Position numbers and translations under genes: made by a program | Shown: in pieces, positions 10,756 to 22,789 of the stretch | How the letters are laid out: each line of letters opens with the position of its first letter | Numbering within the stretch: position 1 is the stretch's first letter | The notes under the pieces: model-generated | Seen by the model: the letters and a program-made list of their open reading frames with translations, nothing else | Told to the model about the DNA's origin: nothing | Databases searched by the model: none | Assembly: GCA_047495785.1 (NCBI GenBank) | Contig: JBLDXI010000042.1 | Span: forward strand, 1,798,001 to 1,862,000 | Source: Lepidodermella squamata | Lineage: Eukaryota; Animalia; Gastrotricha | Direction of reading: 5' to 3' | Length of the DNA stretch: 64,000 nucleotides

Positions 10756-13289
10756 CAGCGTTTCCCAAACCGTGTCCTATAGGACACTCGTGTCCTACGG
10801 AGATTTTGAAGTGTCCCATAGGACACTAGTGTCCTATGACTCCTTTTTACTGAAATAAAAATAAAAAAAAATAAAAAAAAATAAAATAAAAATAAAAGCA
10901 AGATGCTTGACGGCGTCGAGATTCGAACGCTCAGTTCGCAAAACAGCTTAGAAAGAGAGTGAGAGATATTACGATGAAAATTGCTTAGCTTTTAGCGACA
11001 AGTAACACACATAAGAAGTGTGTCCGGTCGACACGCATTTATTGCTGAAGCTTTCTGAGTAATTTTCTGAGTGTTCTTATCAATGGACGGCTGGTTGTTA
11101 AAGCGCCCCGCCACTGCTTCGTTGCTGGATAACGGTAGTGATTTGGATGAAGAGTCCACGAAAAGCTCCAAGTCAGGCACAAAAACAACCAAGAAGAAGA
11201 GATTTTACAACAAAGACTGGGAAGGCCTGTACTTTTTTATTCCAGCTCCTGATGAGACCAAACCGATCTGTCTTTTGTGCAAGAAAGTCATGTCGGAACA
11301 TCGTAGCGATCTCGTGAAATATCATCATGAAAATTGTCATCCACATATCGCTCTGAAGTATCCCATGGGGATGAGCTACGGAAGATCTCAAAAGATCTTG
11401 ACAAAGAGGAATGAGTTGGCGATATCTCAAAACATCTTGACCCGGTCGTTGCGTGAAAATGAGGCGACAACTTTGGCTAGCTACCAGTTGGCCTGGGCGA
11501 TCGCGAAAGGTATGTAAACGTGATTTTCTTTGCAGACTGAAATTATTTTAATTTGACTTTACAGGCCGGAAGCCTTTGACTGATGGCGAATGGTTTAAAG
11601 ATGCATTGCTTGAAATTGCTGGTGATCTATTTGATGGGTTTCGTGAAAAAGATCGGATATTGGAGCGCATTCAACTACTACAGGCTTCTGACAACACTAT
11701 CAACCGACGGGTAAAATCGATATCCAAGCATTGCTTCGGCGAGCTTGTTGATCAGGTACGGCGCTGCGAAAGCTGGAGCTTCAGTCTAGACGGTTCCGCA
11801 GATATCACGGATCTTGAGCAGGTTGTCCTATGGGTCACTTTCTCCTCACTGATTGAAGCAACTGGAAGCCTGAAGGTATCGACCGAATTCCTCGGAATAA
11901 TAACGATGGAGGATCGTACTCGCGGGGAAGACATTTTCAATGCTTTCATCACTTTCGCTGAAGAACATCAGCTACCCTTTGAGAAGCTTGTTTCCGCCTG
12001 TATGGATGGTTGCGCCGCTATGATGGGGGTGAGGGTCGGTTTTATAGCACTTTGCTACTCAACTACTTGAAATCGAAAGGTTTGTCTGAAATCGAAATTT
12101 ACCACTGCATCATACATCGGCAAGCGCTCTGTGGTAAAGCGATTAATCTCGACTCAGTTATGACGGAAGTGGTAAAAATTGTGAATCAGATTCGCGCCCA
12201 TAGCAAGCTGGAGCATCGACAATTCAAGCAGCTACTTGAAGATTTGCAATCCGACTATGGAGATGTCATTTATTTCAGTTCGGTTCGATGGCTCAGCAAA
12301 GGGAAAGTTGTTGAAAGGTTCTTAAACTTGATCAACGAAATCAAGCTCTTTTTTTGGAGCCAATGGTATGGCAGAAGAGTATCCTCAAATTGACGATCTG
12401 GAATGGGTGACCAAAGTTGCTTTCATTTGCGATGTCACCAAGGAATTCAACATTTTGAACCTCAAACTTCAAGGGGAAAATAACGCCCTATCTGATCTGG
12501 TTTCGGCTATTTCGGCTTTCAGGCGCAAGCTGCAACTTTTGATTGATGACTTGGAATCTGATCCAGTCGAATGGACTTGTTTCCCAACAGTACTTCGCTT
12601 CAACCAGTCGCCGCAAGAGTCGATGGTTCCTGAATTTCTGACATGTCTGAAAGCTGTTCAGACGGAATTTAACAATCGATTCCAGAAAGAAGATTTCGAA
12701 ATGCTTCGTTCATACTGTCGCTTCATGTCGAGTCCCGCCCACATTGAACGCCAGCAACTTGGCGAAATCGCCAAACGATTGCATCTTTCTTTCGCTGACT
12801 TGCAAACGGATCAGCTGAAGCTGACGGCTGATTTGGAACTACGACCAACAAAAGACTTGATCTCGTTGAAGGAAGTTAGCTCGACGGATTACCCGACTTT
12901 TCGACAGGCATTTGCCAAGTTGTCTACGTTTTTCGTGACCACCTGGTTGTGCGAGGCAACGTTCTCGGCGATGAAGGTGATCAAATCTCCGATGAGGTCA
13001 AGGCTAACCAACGATTTACTCGAGGCATTAATTCGAATTGCCGTAACCAAGAACCAACCGTCGCTGCAATCATTCCTTGGCGAGTTCGAACAGCTTCATG
13101 CTTCCCACTAAAGTGTCCCCGCTTTTGAAGATAATGAAATGTGTGAGAGATGGATGAATTTGAATCGGAAATAAAAAATGATAAATGATGCATTGAAACT
13201 TTTTTTTTTAAGTTTTAAGTTGGTGTCCTACGAGGCATTCTCGTAGGACAATGGAGTGTCATACGAGCAAAAAAGTTTGGGAACCACTG
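10756..13289 (+). mobile_element. Full-length hAT DNA transposon, Buster/SPIN/Charlie-like
   Basis: TIRs CAGCGTTTCCCAAAC / GTTTGGGAACCACTG. Perfect 8-bp TSD aactaaat (10748-10755, 13290-13297) with central TA. Subterminal gtgtccta repeats. Confidence 0.93.
11083..13111 (+). pseudogene. hAT transposase (GTF2IRD2/EPM2AIP1-like), one intron and two frameshifts
   Basis: BED-like CLLC..H..H; intron 11510-11563; catalytic SLDGSAD and CMDG, CIIH, RWLS, LCEATFS and RSRLT dimerisation motif. The frame breaks near 12050 and at the T-run 12349-12355. Confidence 0.88.
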
Positions 13290-13370
13290 AACTAAATCAA
13301 CGACTAGATCAAACTAATTCAGCACTAAGTTCGATTCCCCTTATCCTTACAAGTTCTGATGAACTACCTC

Positions 13371-13526
13371 CAGTGTGCGAAGTAGGATCCGGAAGCTGAC
13401 GTGTTTTCTACTTGTTTTCTAGGACCCAGCCGAAGAAACCAAAGGGTCCCCCTGTAGATTTTTCAGCCTTCCTCTGGTTGGAGTCCGGGAGCTGGGGTGT
13501 CGCCGACCTCTGTACTTCGCACCCTG
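13371..13526. mobile_element. hAT-type MITE (family 2, CAGTGTGCGAAGTA ends)
   Basis: TIRs CAGTGTGCGAAGTA / TACTTCGCACCCTG. TSD actacctc / actacttc (7/8). Related ends occur near 17428, 27165, 34210, 56347 and 57328. Confidence 0.8.
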
Positions 13527-13687
13527 ACTACTTCGCTCGCTGTTCGGCGTTGTTATATATTATTCGATGTAAAATTATAGCAGCACTGCCGTCATAAAAT
13601 GTGCAAAATGTTGAAGCCGCCGACTAGGTTGTTTTGAGCACCAATTGTTGGGGATTTGTTGGAGGTGGAGATTGTTGTGGAGAATTG

Positions 13688-13829
13688 CAGTGCTCCGAGT
13701 ACGGAAGTTAAGGGGGAAACAAACTCCCCTGACGTTCGAAAATTTCTGAAAAACGTTGATTTGCAAATTTTGGGCTGAAAATGGCTCGATTTACGCCCCT
13801 CATCAAAGCTGGACCTAGTCGGATCACTG
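13688..13829. mobile_element. hAT-type MITE (family 1)
   Basis: Same TIRs as 5540-5694. Perfect 8-bp TSD gagaattg. Confidence 0.9.
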
Positions 13830-14218
13830 GAGAATTGCTTGCGTGTTTTTGTATTTTGGTTTTCTATAATTAATCATGAATTACTGAAATTAGCAATTTC
13901 CCATGTATTTTTGCCGGCGTTCCGCCGCACTCAATTGATTACATATACGAGGCTGGCGTTCCAAACAGTCATAACAGTCATATTGACAGTCAAGGAATAT
14001 GAGATGTCGTCATTGAATTGCGCTAAAATCGTCGGTCTTTTGGAGTAGACTATGAGACTACACAGAAGGTAGATGGCTCAAGGATGCACTATGAACGTTT
14101 TACTTTCCAGCATGTGTATAGACTATGTAACAGAAAAAATCAAGCAGGAGCAGGTTCCTTCACGACTGATAACCCTTCTACTCCATCACAGATCACAGGA
14201 AAATAATCGGAAATATAA

Positions 14219-16569
14219 TCACGAAAATGTCTCGCACAAGTAATTTGAAATTCCCAAATTGCAAGAATAATATCTAAAGTATAATCCGGCGGTCAGAATT
14301 CCATGGCCGACGTCGACATCATAATATATGGCAACAACGCACTTATCCGATCCTCCCGCATCATTGAGCCACAGTGCATCGTTGTACGTGAAATCAGAGC
14401 CGTCGTCCCATTTGAGCGTCCCAGCTTTGCTAGTTAGACCAATCCAGAAGCCGGTACCAACAGCAAACGCATCCATCGCTGGCTTGGCCAATAACATCTC
14501 AGCGGCTGACTTGATCATAGCTATCGAGGCATTGTTTTGGGCGCAAAACGATGTGGCCATTGCTTTGTCGCCAGGGCCAGGAAAGTTGAACGCCAAGTAC
14601 TTCTTGACAGCAGGCTGACGGAAATCGAATCCATATGATTCAGAGCATTGGATATTCGAAAAGCAAACTCACTGCAGGTGATATATCCGTCGAGCATTTC
14701 TCAAAATTGAGTTTAAAGGACTGCAGGCCCGAGAATAGCTCATCCTTTTGACAAAACTCTATTTCATACCACATATATTAGGCCAAAGGTCAATCCTTAC
14801 CTGCGTTAGTTCTCGGGGACAAGCTGCGTAGCAAGACAGTTTTCCGGAGGAATCCTTGCATGAAACAGCATTCTGTTCAAAATAGGTATGAGTTGTGAGG
14901 GGATGAAGTCGTTCAGTCATAACTTACTCCGTTCAGACAACTATCGCGATTGATATAGACCTTGGTTGAGTATTGCTGAGTCTCATTGCCAGCATAGCAG
15001 CCAGGACTCTGCGGTCGGCAGTCGTTGAATTTGCCAGTTGTCGAATCGAAACAGCGGATTTGTTGCTTCTCGGTGACCGGAACACTTACTGGGAATAATA
15101 AGTGGATTTTTCCGTCGAATTGAAGTTCGGAGTTCGGACTCACCTGTGCCGTTGATGCAGGTCGTCAACCCCGGATAAAGCGTCGATTCAGTTACCTGGA
15201 TAACCACGAGACATTTCACAAGATTTTTAAACCCTATGCTATATAAAAAGAGTGCCCATATTTGCACATAATTATGTGGTACTTGTTAACTAATTAACCT
15301 AACTCACCGCATAAACTAACCCCAAAACCGGGTCCCCCACAGAGTAGCAGGCTTCAAATAAAGCAGAGAGCAACAAATGGTGCACACTTCAGACCAAATG
15401 GCTTCAAAGTTCAAAGCACTCCCATAAAAAAAGTAAAATAAAGTATTAAGCAATGATCACCATGTTTTGGAATTAATGCTATTATTTTACTTTGAAGCCA
15501 TTTTTTAATTTTGCTTTGAGGTCATGGTGCTTTGAAGCCTGTTACTAAATTTTCCCTACTTTGTATGGGAACCCCCAAAACCTGGCCCTAACCAGAAAAA
15601 CCCCAAAATTTCGCATAAAACCGTTTGTTAAATTTTGAAAATAATACAGAAATAGTAAAATAAATTTAATAAATCGTTCGAATTTGTTTTAATTATTATG
15701 AAAAAAAATCGGTTAATTCAATATTTTCTAGATTAAAATATCAAAACAAACCCAGTTGTTGGGACAAGAGTAAGGATCCGGAACGCATGTTTGGATTGCG
15801 CTGTTAGAAATGCAACGCCGGAAGTTTAGTCTCTAAAATAATGACGATATGAAAGATTATCCACGGCATAATTTTGCAACTTCTCACTTCGAAAACAGCT
15901 CGTTGCTTCTCACATTCGTTGAGATTATATTTCAAGCTCAACGCCGGATCCTGATTGTCGAACCAGAACGTCTGAAACAGATTTATTAAAGATCATTAGA
16001 TCATGATAAAATAATAATTCAACAGCTTCTGTGATTTAATTAGCACGATCTCGATTTTCAATCTTGTAACATCGATTTTGTAACAATTCATGATTCGTAC
16101 ATTCATATCACCCGGGTTGTTGCAGCCGACGTTTCCAGGCACGCAAAACGTGGTCAGAGCCGCGTATTTGTAGCACATTCGGCCGTTCTAAATAAAAACA
16201 ATTTGAAAAAATGTTAAATTTAAATTTTTTCATTTAATAAATGTAATTTAAAAGTGAATTAATTTAAAAAATTTTAAATTTTAAAAGAAAAAATAGCTTA
16301 CTCCAGTGTTGCAGACGCCGACTGTTCGGAAAATTCCTCCCAGCTATCAATATAGAGGAAAATGTTACTTCCCATGCGTTCGAAATTCCATGCAAGCAAA
16401 CCTGATATTCGGTGAGTGGATCACAACCGTCGTCGGCTAGAACGCAATTGGTGAACCGGTTGCTAAACTGCGAGAAGCACCGAACCCAGTTCAACGGGTT
16501 TTTGCCCAAAGCCACGTCGCTTGATGCCAGCATCAACAGGATCAGCAAAACTGAGTGATGTGCAATCAT
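14219..16569 (-). CDS. C-type lectin family B gene (B1): signal peptide + four 4-Cys modules + CTLD
   Basis: MIAHHSVLLILLMLASSDVALG. Small exons encode RCFSQFSNRFTNCVLADDGC..VC, MCYKYAALTTFCVPGNVGC..TC, RCFDSTTGKFNDCRPQSPGC..SC and SCKDSSGKLSCYAAC..KC. The last exon (~14614-14219) is a CTLD with FWIGL, LKWDDGS, YLCET. Confidence 0.82.
15330..15574. mobile_element. MITE with GG-starting TIRs and 8-bp TSD (Merlin-like), in an intron of B1
   Basis: Ends GGGTCCCCCACA / TGTATGGGAACCC. Perfect TSD ccaaaacc. Near-identical inverted copy at 27286-27527. Confidence 0.85.
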
Positions 16570-16879
16570 TTTGATAGATATACAATATACACTGACAAAC
16601 ACTATAACACTAACAGTACATGAAAAATTATTCAAAAAGTAAAGCGAATAAAATTCGATGCTGAGTTTTTTGAAAACAGAAGGCATGCACGCGCTCAAGC
16701 TAATACCGAAGAAAGCACGATTTTATCGTCTTATTCTAATTTTATTTATTAACGTAAACGCGTTTTAGCCAACCAGCGTTTGATGAACAAGATTCGGAAT
16801 ATATTTTACGGCTCTTTGACAGAGTTTTCGAGCAGTGACATACAGCGTTTCATTGGCACGAAACACCGCCAAATAGGCA

Positions 16880-17074
16880 ATATCGTTATCGTCTTTGAAT
16901 AACTCGGATTTAGGCTTGTTTACGTTAGTTTCAAGGCGACAGATGTCATGTAAAAAGTCTTTTGTTTTGGCATCTTCGTTGACGTAAAAAACGCCACTTC
17001 TCACTTGTCATTCGTTACCTTGAAATGGATGTAAATGAGCCTAAATCCGAGTTATTCAACGAGGCTAACGATAT
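16880..17074. repeat. ~44-bp imperfect inverted repeat, probable MITE
   Basis: atatcgttatcgtctttgaataactcggatttaggcttgtttac versus the reverse complement of gtaaatgagcctaaatccgagttattcaacgaggctaacgatat. Confidence 0.6.
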
Positions 17075-17884
17075 AATAACAAGTAATGTTACCTTCATCA
17101 TGTTTCAAAAAATATTGCAAGTAAATTTAATGGTGGATTGAAAAAGTTCAGTCTAACAAAAATGCCACGCGATCACCGTGTCCGAATTCAATGGTCTGTT
17201 TACAGTTGGAAATCAAGTATTTCATTCGTTTAAAGAATTCAAACTAAACGCAAAATCAACAACATGTTTTGATAAAAAATCTTTTTGTGACTTCCCAGAG
17301 GCGTCGGAAATAACGAAGAAAACAACATCGTTTGGGTTGAAAACAAGACGAATCAAATTTAACGTTAACCAACCGCCTATGATCTGCCTGGCCATCACTC
17401 AAAAAGTCTTCGCCTGATCATAGACTACATTGTGCGAAGTACCGGGGGTAAGGGGATCCCATCGTGGCATGAAATTCGCAAAAAACACACTGGGGCCCTT
17501 TGGTCAGATAAATTCGGGGCTAAAAACACCCACCAGTCTGAAGTTTTAAGGCTGAGCATTATTTTAACACGTTGGAAAATCGAGCAGAGGAGACCACTTT
17601 GATGCTGCCTACCAGTTTGAGTTCTGGTCGGCCTGGTCCCATTCTGTTCGGTTGAAACTATTCAAACTCTGGCAAAGCGTAGTCCAGTAAAGAAAAGCGT
17701 AGTCCAGGCAATCCGGGAATTGAAGCATTCCGATATTTTCTCAAATACATACATCAAGCATGAAAGTTACTTACTGATCGGTAATTTATTGATGTTATTT
17801 ATAGTGTTACCATGTTCCAATCTATAACAATCATTGACTATGAAAATCATTTTTCTTAGAGTATTGCCTACACATTGTTTCAAC

Positions 17885-18445
17885 CTGCTCATTCGAGTCA
17901 AAATGGAAACCTGAGCCTGGTTCCTGTCGCTTCAAGGTAACTAGATGGTTTAAAAATCAGGACTAGCCTATCTTCCTTTTTCCAGGATGCAACCGCCGAC
18001 CAATTCTTGCTTATCGAAGCTGTAAAATCTGGTAACTTGAGCGCTGCTAAGAAATTGGTGGAGCAAGGAGCTGTGAATGTTAACTGGCGTGACGAGAGGT
18101 CGCAAGGAAATTGGCCGGTCAAAAATGGAACAGCGCTTCACATTGCCTTAGCTTTCAAAGCCCCTCTGGACCTGATACGTTTGCTAGTCGAAGAAGGTCG
18201 TGCTGATGTGAATCTCAAGGAGGATACATACGGTTCACGGCCGCTTGAAATTGCAGTGTCAGAGTGTAGCGGCGAAGTTGTGGAGCTTTCATCAAATCTG
18301 CAATCAAGGGCAGGCTTGATAATGTTCAGATTCTGATTCAATACGGCGCTAGTGCGAAACTGAAGTCGAAGAAGGGAACAACTGCCCTTGATGAAGCTAT
18401 ATCGGCCAATCGTGACCAGGTCGTTCGATTTTTACGGGCTTCGAG
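17885..18445 (+). pseudogene. Truncated duplicate of the 3' end of the ankyrin-CCP gene (9940-10563)
   Basis: Very similar to the last CCP fragment, intron and terminal ankyrin exon. An internal deletion near 18290 shifts the frame, and there are no upstream exons. Confidence 0.9.
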
Positions 18446-19217
18446 AACTGCATTTTATTTGCATCATTTAACGGTAAAATTCCACTTGTATTGGATTTCG
18501 TCTTAAGTTGAACTGAGAATGAAGTACTTTGTTGATACTGAATCATCATTAATATTAACGCTTTGTCAATTTCTGGTTATAGACTTGATTGCGACACATT
18601 CCCACATTGTTGAGTCGTAGCATATTGTATTATAGCAGCAGTGCCTTGTCATGAAATTTCGCCATCTATTTTGATTTATTTGCAGTGTGCGACTTTCAGG
18701 GGAGATTATCATCCGACCCGGACAAGAAGATGAAATCTTCCTGCCCACTGTTTCTTCAATTTTGAGAGTTTTTGGAGCGTGGTAGAGAAATTTACTCGCT
18801 TCGAAATTTCTCGAAATTTACTTCGAAATTTACTCGCTTCCTGTGATTTTTAATTGAATTCGCTTTCAATTTTGGCAAATATAGGAACAAGTTTTCCATC
18901 CCTGGCAGCTTCAGAATCCTGTTTATTTGAATTAATGAAACTCGAGAAAAGCTTGAATGGCCACCTTTGGAGGAAAGAATTATCGCGAATCAATTTGCCA
19001 GAAGTAATTTCCTACAAATTTGGCCTGCAGTTCAGTCCCCGGCACTGAGTTGATTTTATTGCTCGAATAATTGCTATGCGAGGCTGTCATTCCAAACAGT
19101 GAAACCATTACGCCGAATAAATCAATCGGATGCTAATTATCATAAGTCACGCGAGATTGATGGGAGAAATCAATTTCAAATTATGCATCAATTTAAGATT
19201 TTCAATTATTAAAAGCA

Positions 19218-19954
19218 ATGAAATTGGCAATTTCCATAAGCCTCGCCTTGATAGGTTGATAGGTCCTTCTTCAACACGTTTCATCAACAAAAAAATCTTT
19301 GTCTTCTCGCTTAGGCATTGCCTTTTGTGATGCAGGGATTAGTCGTACTGCCAGGCGACAGCCCAAGCACAGAGCATGGCGACGAATCGCCCTCGGCGAC
19401 GATGCCAACACCAACTCGAATGTGAATCGACTCGAGGGTTCGCCGTACTTTTACTATGCGATCGACGACGGCAGCGACGAGGTGGCACCACTGCAGCTGC
19501 CTTGGTGGATCTACTACCATCCGAAACCAACGACTACAACTACATCAACATCGACAACAACAGTGACTCAGGTAGGATTTGAAATGAATAAAGTAATAAG
19601 AAATCACAAGAAATCAGGCAGAAGCGTGAATCCATTTTAATCGCCGAGATGGCGATCGCAACTTGCGCGGGCATTGGCGGGCAGTTAGCGACAATCAAGA
19701 CACTGGCGGAAGCTACCGAAGCTTTGGCAATCTCACAAGATAGGGCCGGCTTCATAGGCCTGTCGAATGAGTCTGGGCAATGGACGTGGGTCGATGGCAC
19801 GCCGTATAACAACGTCCCGCCTTGGCGCTCGGGATTCCCAAATGCCGGTTCAAATGCCTGTGGTGTTCAGAGCAATTTTGATGGCAGCCCTTCTATTATA
19901 GACTTTCCGTGTAATGGCCAATTTTTTGCCTTTTTCTGTGAAACCTATGCTTAA
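19218..19954 (+). CDS. C-type lectin family A gene (A4) with a deletion of the 4-Cys module (possibly a pseudogene)
   Basis: Exons 1-2 are intact (MKLAISISLALI; 19315-19571). The normal intron-2 acceptor and 4-Cys module are missing. The CTLD resumes at ~19645 (FIGLSN, WTWVDG, FPN, FFCETYA). Confidence 0.7.
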
Positions 19955-20349
19955 TTGAAACAAAACAGACGTGGCATAATCAGGCTCTAATCTAAAACAT
20001 TAATTGAATATTTTCTGATATCCGCGCATTCAATTCAATAAATTATTCAACAAAGTTGGAAACGTTGAAATAAACGATTGGCACCAAACAATTTGATAAC
20101 AATTTAAAATGTGTAAAAAGGATGAGACCAATGCGCGGGCGAATAGCTAGATTTTTTTCGTTTCGTCGGTTGGAGTATGATCGCCAACGATTTGCCGCAT
20201 GAATCAATTAGTTTGAAGAGATTTAAGCGATTTAATCCTTGGAAATGCAGTCGTTTCTTACCAAATGCAGTCTGCTGGCAGCAACACCAATCAGCTCGTG
20301 AAAACCGCAATGCTCAAGATATTAGACTACTATTCGAAAGCCCAAATTT

Positions 20350-21060
20350 CCTATTTATTTATTTATTTATTTATTTAGAAGCTATTACACCCAAAGAGAG
20401 GGAAGCTTGACAAAGTATAAGGAAAACAACATATAATTGCAGGACAGGATCACATTTAGGACAGGAAAAGTGTTGTAGTAGAAACAAAGTTATAGAATTA
20501 GGATTAGAAATACACATCAATGTGTATAATATATAATAGTGATAGGTAATAGTAAAAATCGCAACAATAGTGTAATAAAAAAAAACAGCATTTCAGCAGT
20601 ATAAAAATAAAGTGTATTCTATCAGGTCCATTTCAGTATCAGGAATTAAAGTATATAAATCACTACAAAGTGATTCCTCTTGGCCAATCTGACTCCGGCG
20701 ATCAATCCTGCGGGGATGATGGCGATGATGGCGATTAATTTGAACGCGTTGTTGAATAAATGCAACGACACATCGAATAATTTGCGTTTGAGACAATAGG
20801 AACGGTTAACAATTTCAGGAAATTTCGTCGACAATGCTGATCAACGAGTTTCGTAGGAAAATCTCTGCGCGAAGCGACTGCACTGGCATTGCTAGGCGCT
20901 GGGTTATGCTCCTGGCCAGCTTGATGAACCGGTTTGAATCACGCCAGTTCACGGTCGACGCCATATTTTAAGGAAATAACTGCACGGTGCATATCCAACA
21001 TCCAGAACTGACTATTTGATTGTTTATAAGCTCATCTCTAACAGTTTAAGCGTTCAATAA
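20350..21060 (-). mobile_element. Possible degenerate 3' end of a CR1/L2-like LINE
   Basis: (TAAA)n tail on the minus strand at ~20350-20377. Eroded AYK...VLDVGYA peptide near 20980-21030 resembles the post-RT region. No intact ORF. Confidence 0.35.
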
Positions 21061-21602
21061 AAATGGTTTTTGTTTGCGTTCCTTGTTTCAAATTTTTGCT
21101 TCGCTGGTCCAATCACTTAATGGAGCCTGGTTCGTCTAGTAATTCAGTGGTTTGGATTTTAACAGAAATTAAAAATAAAAGATCCACCTTAGCGGGCGGA
21201 ATCACCGGGCGGAAACACCGGGCGGAATCCATTGAAGCAAAAAATAACCAACCATTTGGGACATGAAATTTGAATACGCAATTGAGTTCAATTTTGATTC
21301 AGTCAGAAGGTTTTGAACAGTCAATAGGAATCATCACTAGATTGCTTGGCCAGATAACCTTCCTAACTAAGGTCATTGACGAGTTCCTTGGCCATATAGA
21401 TTGCAGCGTAGAAAACGGGGATTTCCCTGAAAGCTGAAAGGGGGATATAGGTAAGGGTCCCGCTTACATCGCTCAAGTTTTGCAGACGCCAGGAAAGAAA
21501 ACATAAGGGTCCCCCTGTGGTTAGGCTTCGAGCACCGAGGGCTCAAAGTAGGTACAGTCCCTATTTTCATTTGGAATATTTTCAGTTGGATTTATTAGAC
21601 AA

Positions 21603-21760
21603 ACACCATATGCCAACTACCCGCCTTGGTTCTTCGGTGAACCAAATGACGGTGCAAATGCCTGTGGTGTTTTGAGCGATTTTGGTGGCCCTGTTATTCT
21701 CGACTCTCCGCGTGTAGCAGCATTTCTTTCTTTGGATTTTTCTGTGAAACTTATGCTTAA
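21603..21760 (+). pseudogene. Orphan 3' fragment of a family A CTL
   Basis: TPYANYPPWFFGEPNDGANACGVL...FFCETYA* plus the family 3' UTR. A frameshift near 21710 and no upstream exons. Confidence 0.8.
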
Positions 21761-22789
21761 TTAAAACAAAACTGTAATGCGAAACGGTATCAGCAGATCA
21801 ACTTGAATAAATAACGTATGAGTTAGAAACGTGTTCATCCGATTTATGTATTCCAACTTCAGACATTATTGTATTTTGAGTTGCAAGAAGGCACCCATTG
21901 ACAACAAACAATTTCATGCAAACTTCCGGCCCATATATCGAAAATGTTCAAATATTGAGAATGCCGGGGGGAACCCCCATACTGTCACCGTTTGTGAGTT
22001 GACAAGTTGTTTGTTTGTTTGTATGCCGCCAGCGTGCGCACAGTCTGTGCACGCCTGTTGCGCACTCTTTTAACTATTCAGGTTTGGTTTTTGGATGTAA
22101 AACTTGGCGATAACTGAGTAGTTAACCACCGCATACATTACAGATGTACACTATCGGACAAAACTTCTTGCCGGTGACCGAGAATTAACCTTTTCTTGAG
22201 ATTTTATACTTCAAAGCGTGGTTTTATTCAGCAATCACATAGTGAGTAAACAATCAAGTATTGGCCAGCAATTGACGTGGCTTCGATTCTGTCAATTCTG
22301 TCGATTTCAGCCCGCCGCAGAATGTCGATGTATTGATCTGCATTGACTCGACCGAGGCACTGCTGTTCGATGCCGAATCATGACCATCACTTATGATGCC
22401 GGAGCAACACTCGTCAGAGAAAGACACACAGCGTAAATCGTGAATTGCCTTGTCGCCTGCATTCAAGTTGCGCTTTCAGACCGCCGGTTTGCAGCTAATA
22501 CCGTTGATTCTCAAGTGTAGTGAGACGGTTCGGGCTGACGGTTCGGTTATGTGTATTGCTGCCCGACTCGGTGTTTCAGCTGATCCAGCGGCAATCTCCG
22601 TCCAAATCGTAGGGAGAGACACTGTCTTTTCACCTCCGAAGCCGACCCCACCCCCTGCTCATTCTCCCGGACGCTGCACAGCCACGTGCCAAAACCCATT
22701 GAAATCCATTACGCCGTTCACTGAATTACTTTCTTTTAGGCTCTAACTATCCCGAACAGTTCGTCGCTCCCGATGTCCGTACCCGATCT

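Noticed and set aside
16765-17417. ORFs 16765-17004 and 17178-17417
   Set aside because: They overlap an inverted-repeat element and duplicated upstream sequence whose paralog at 28610-28920 does not keep the frame.
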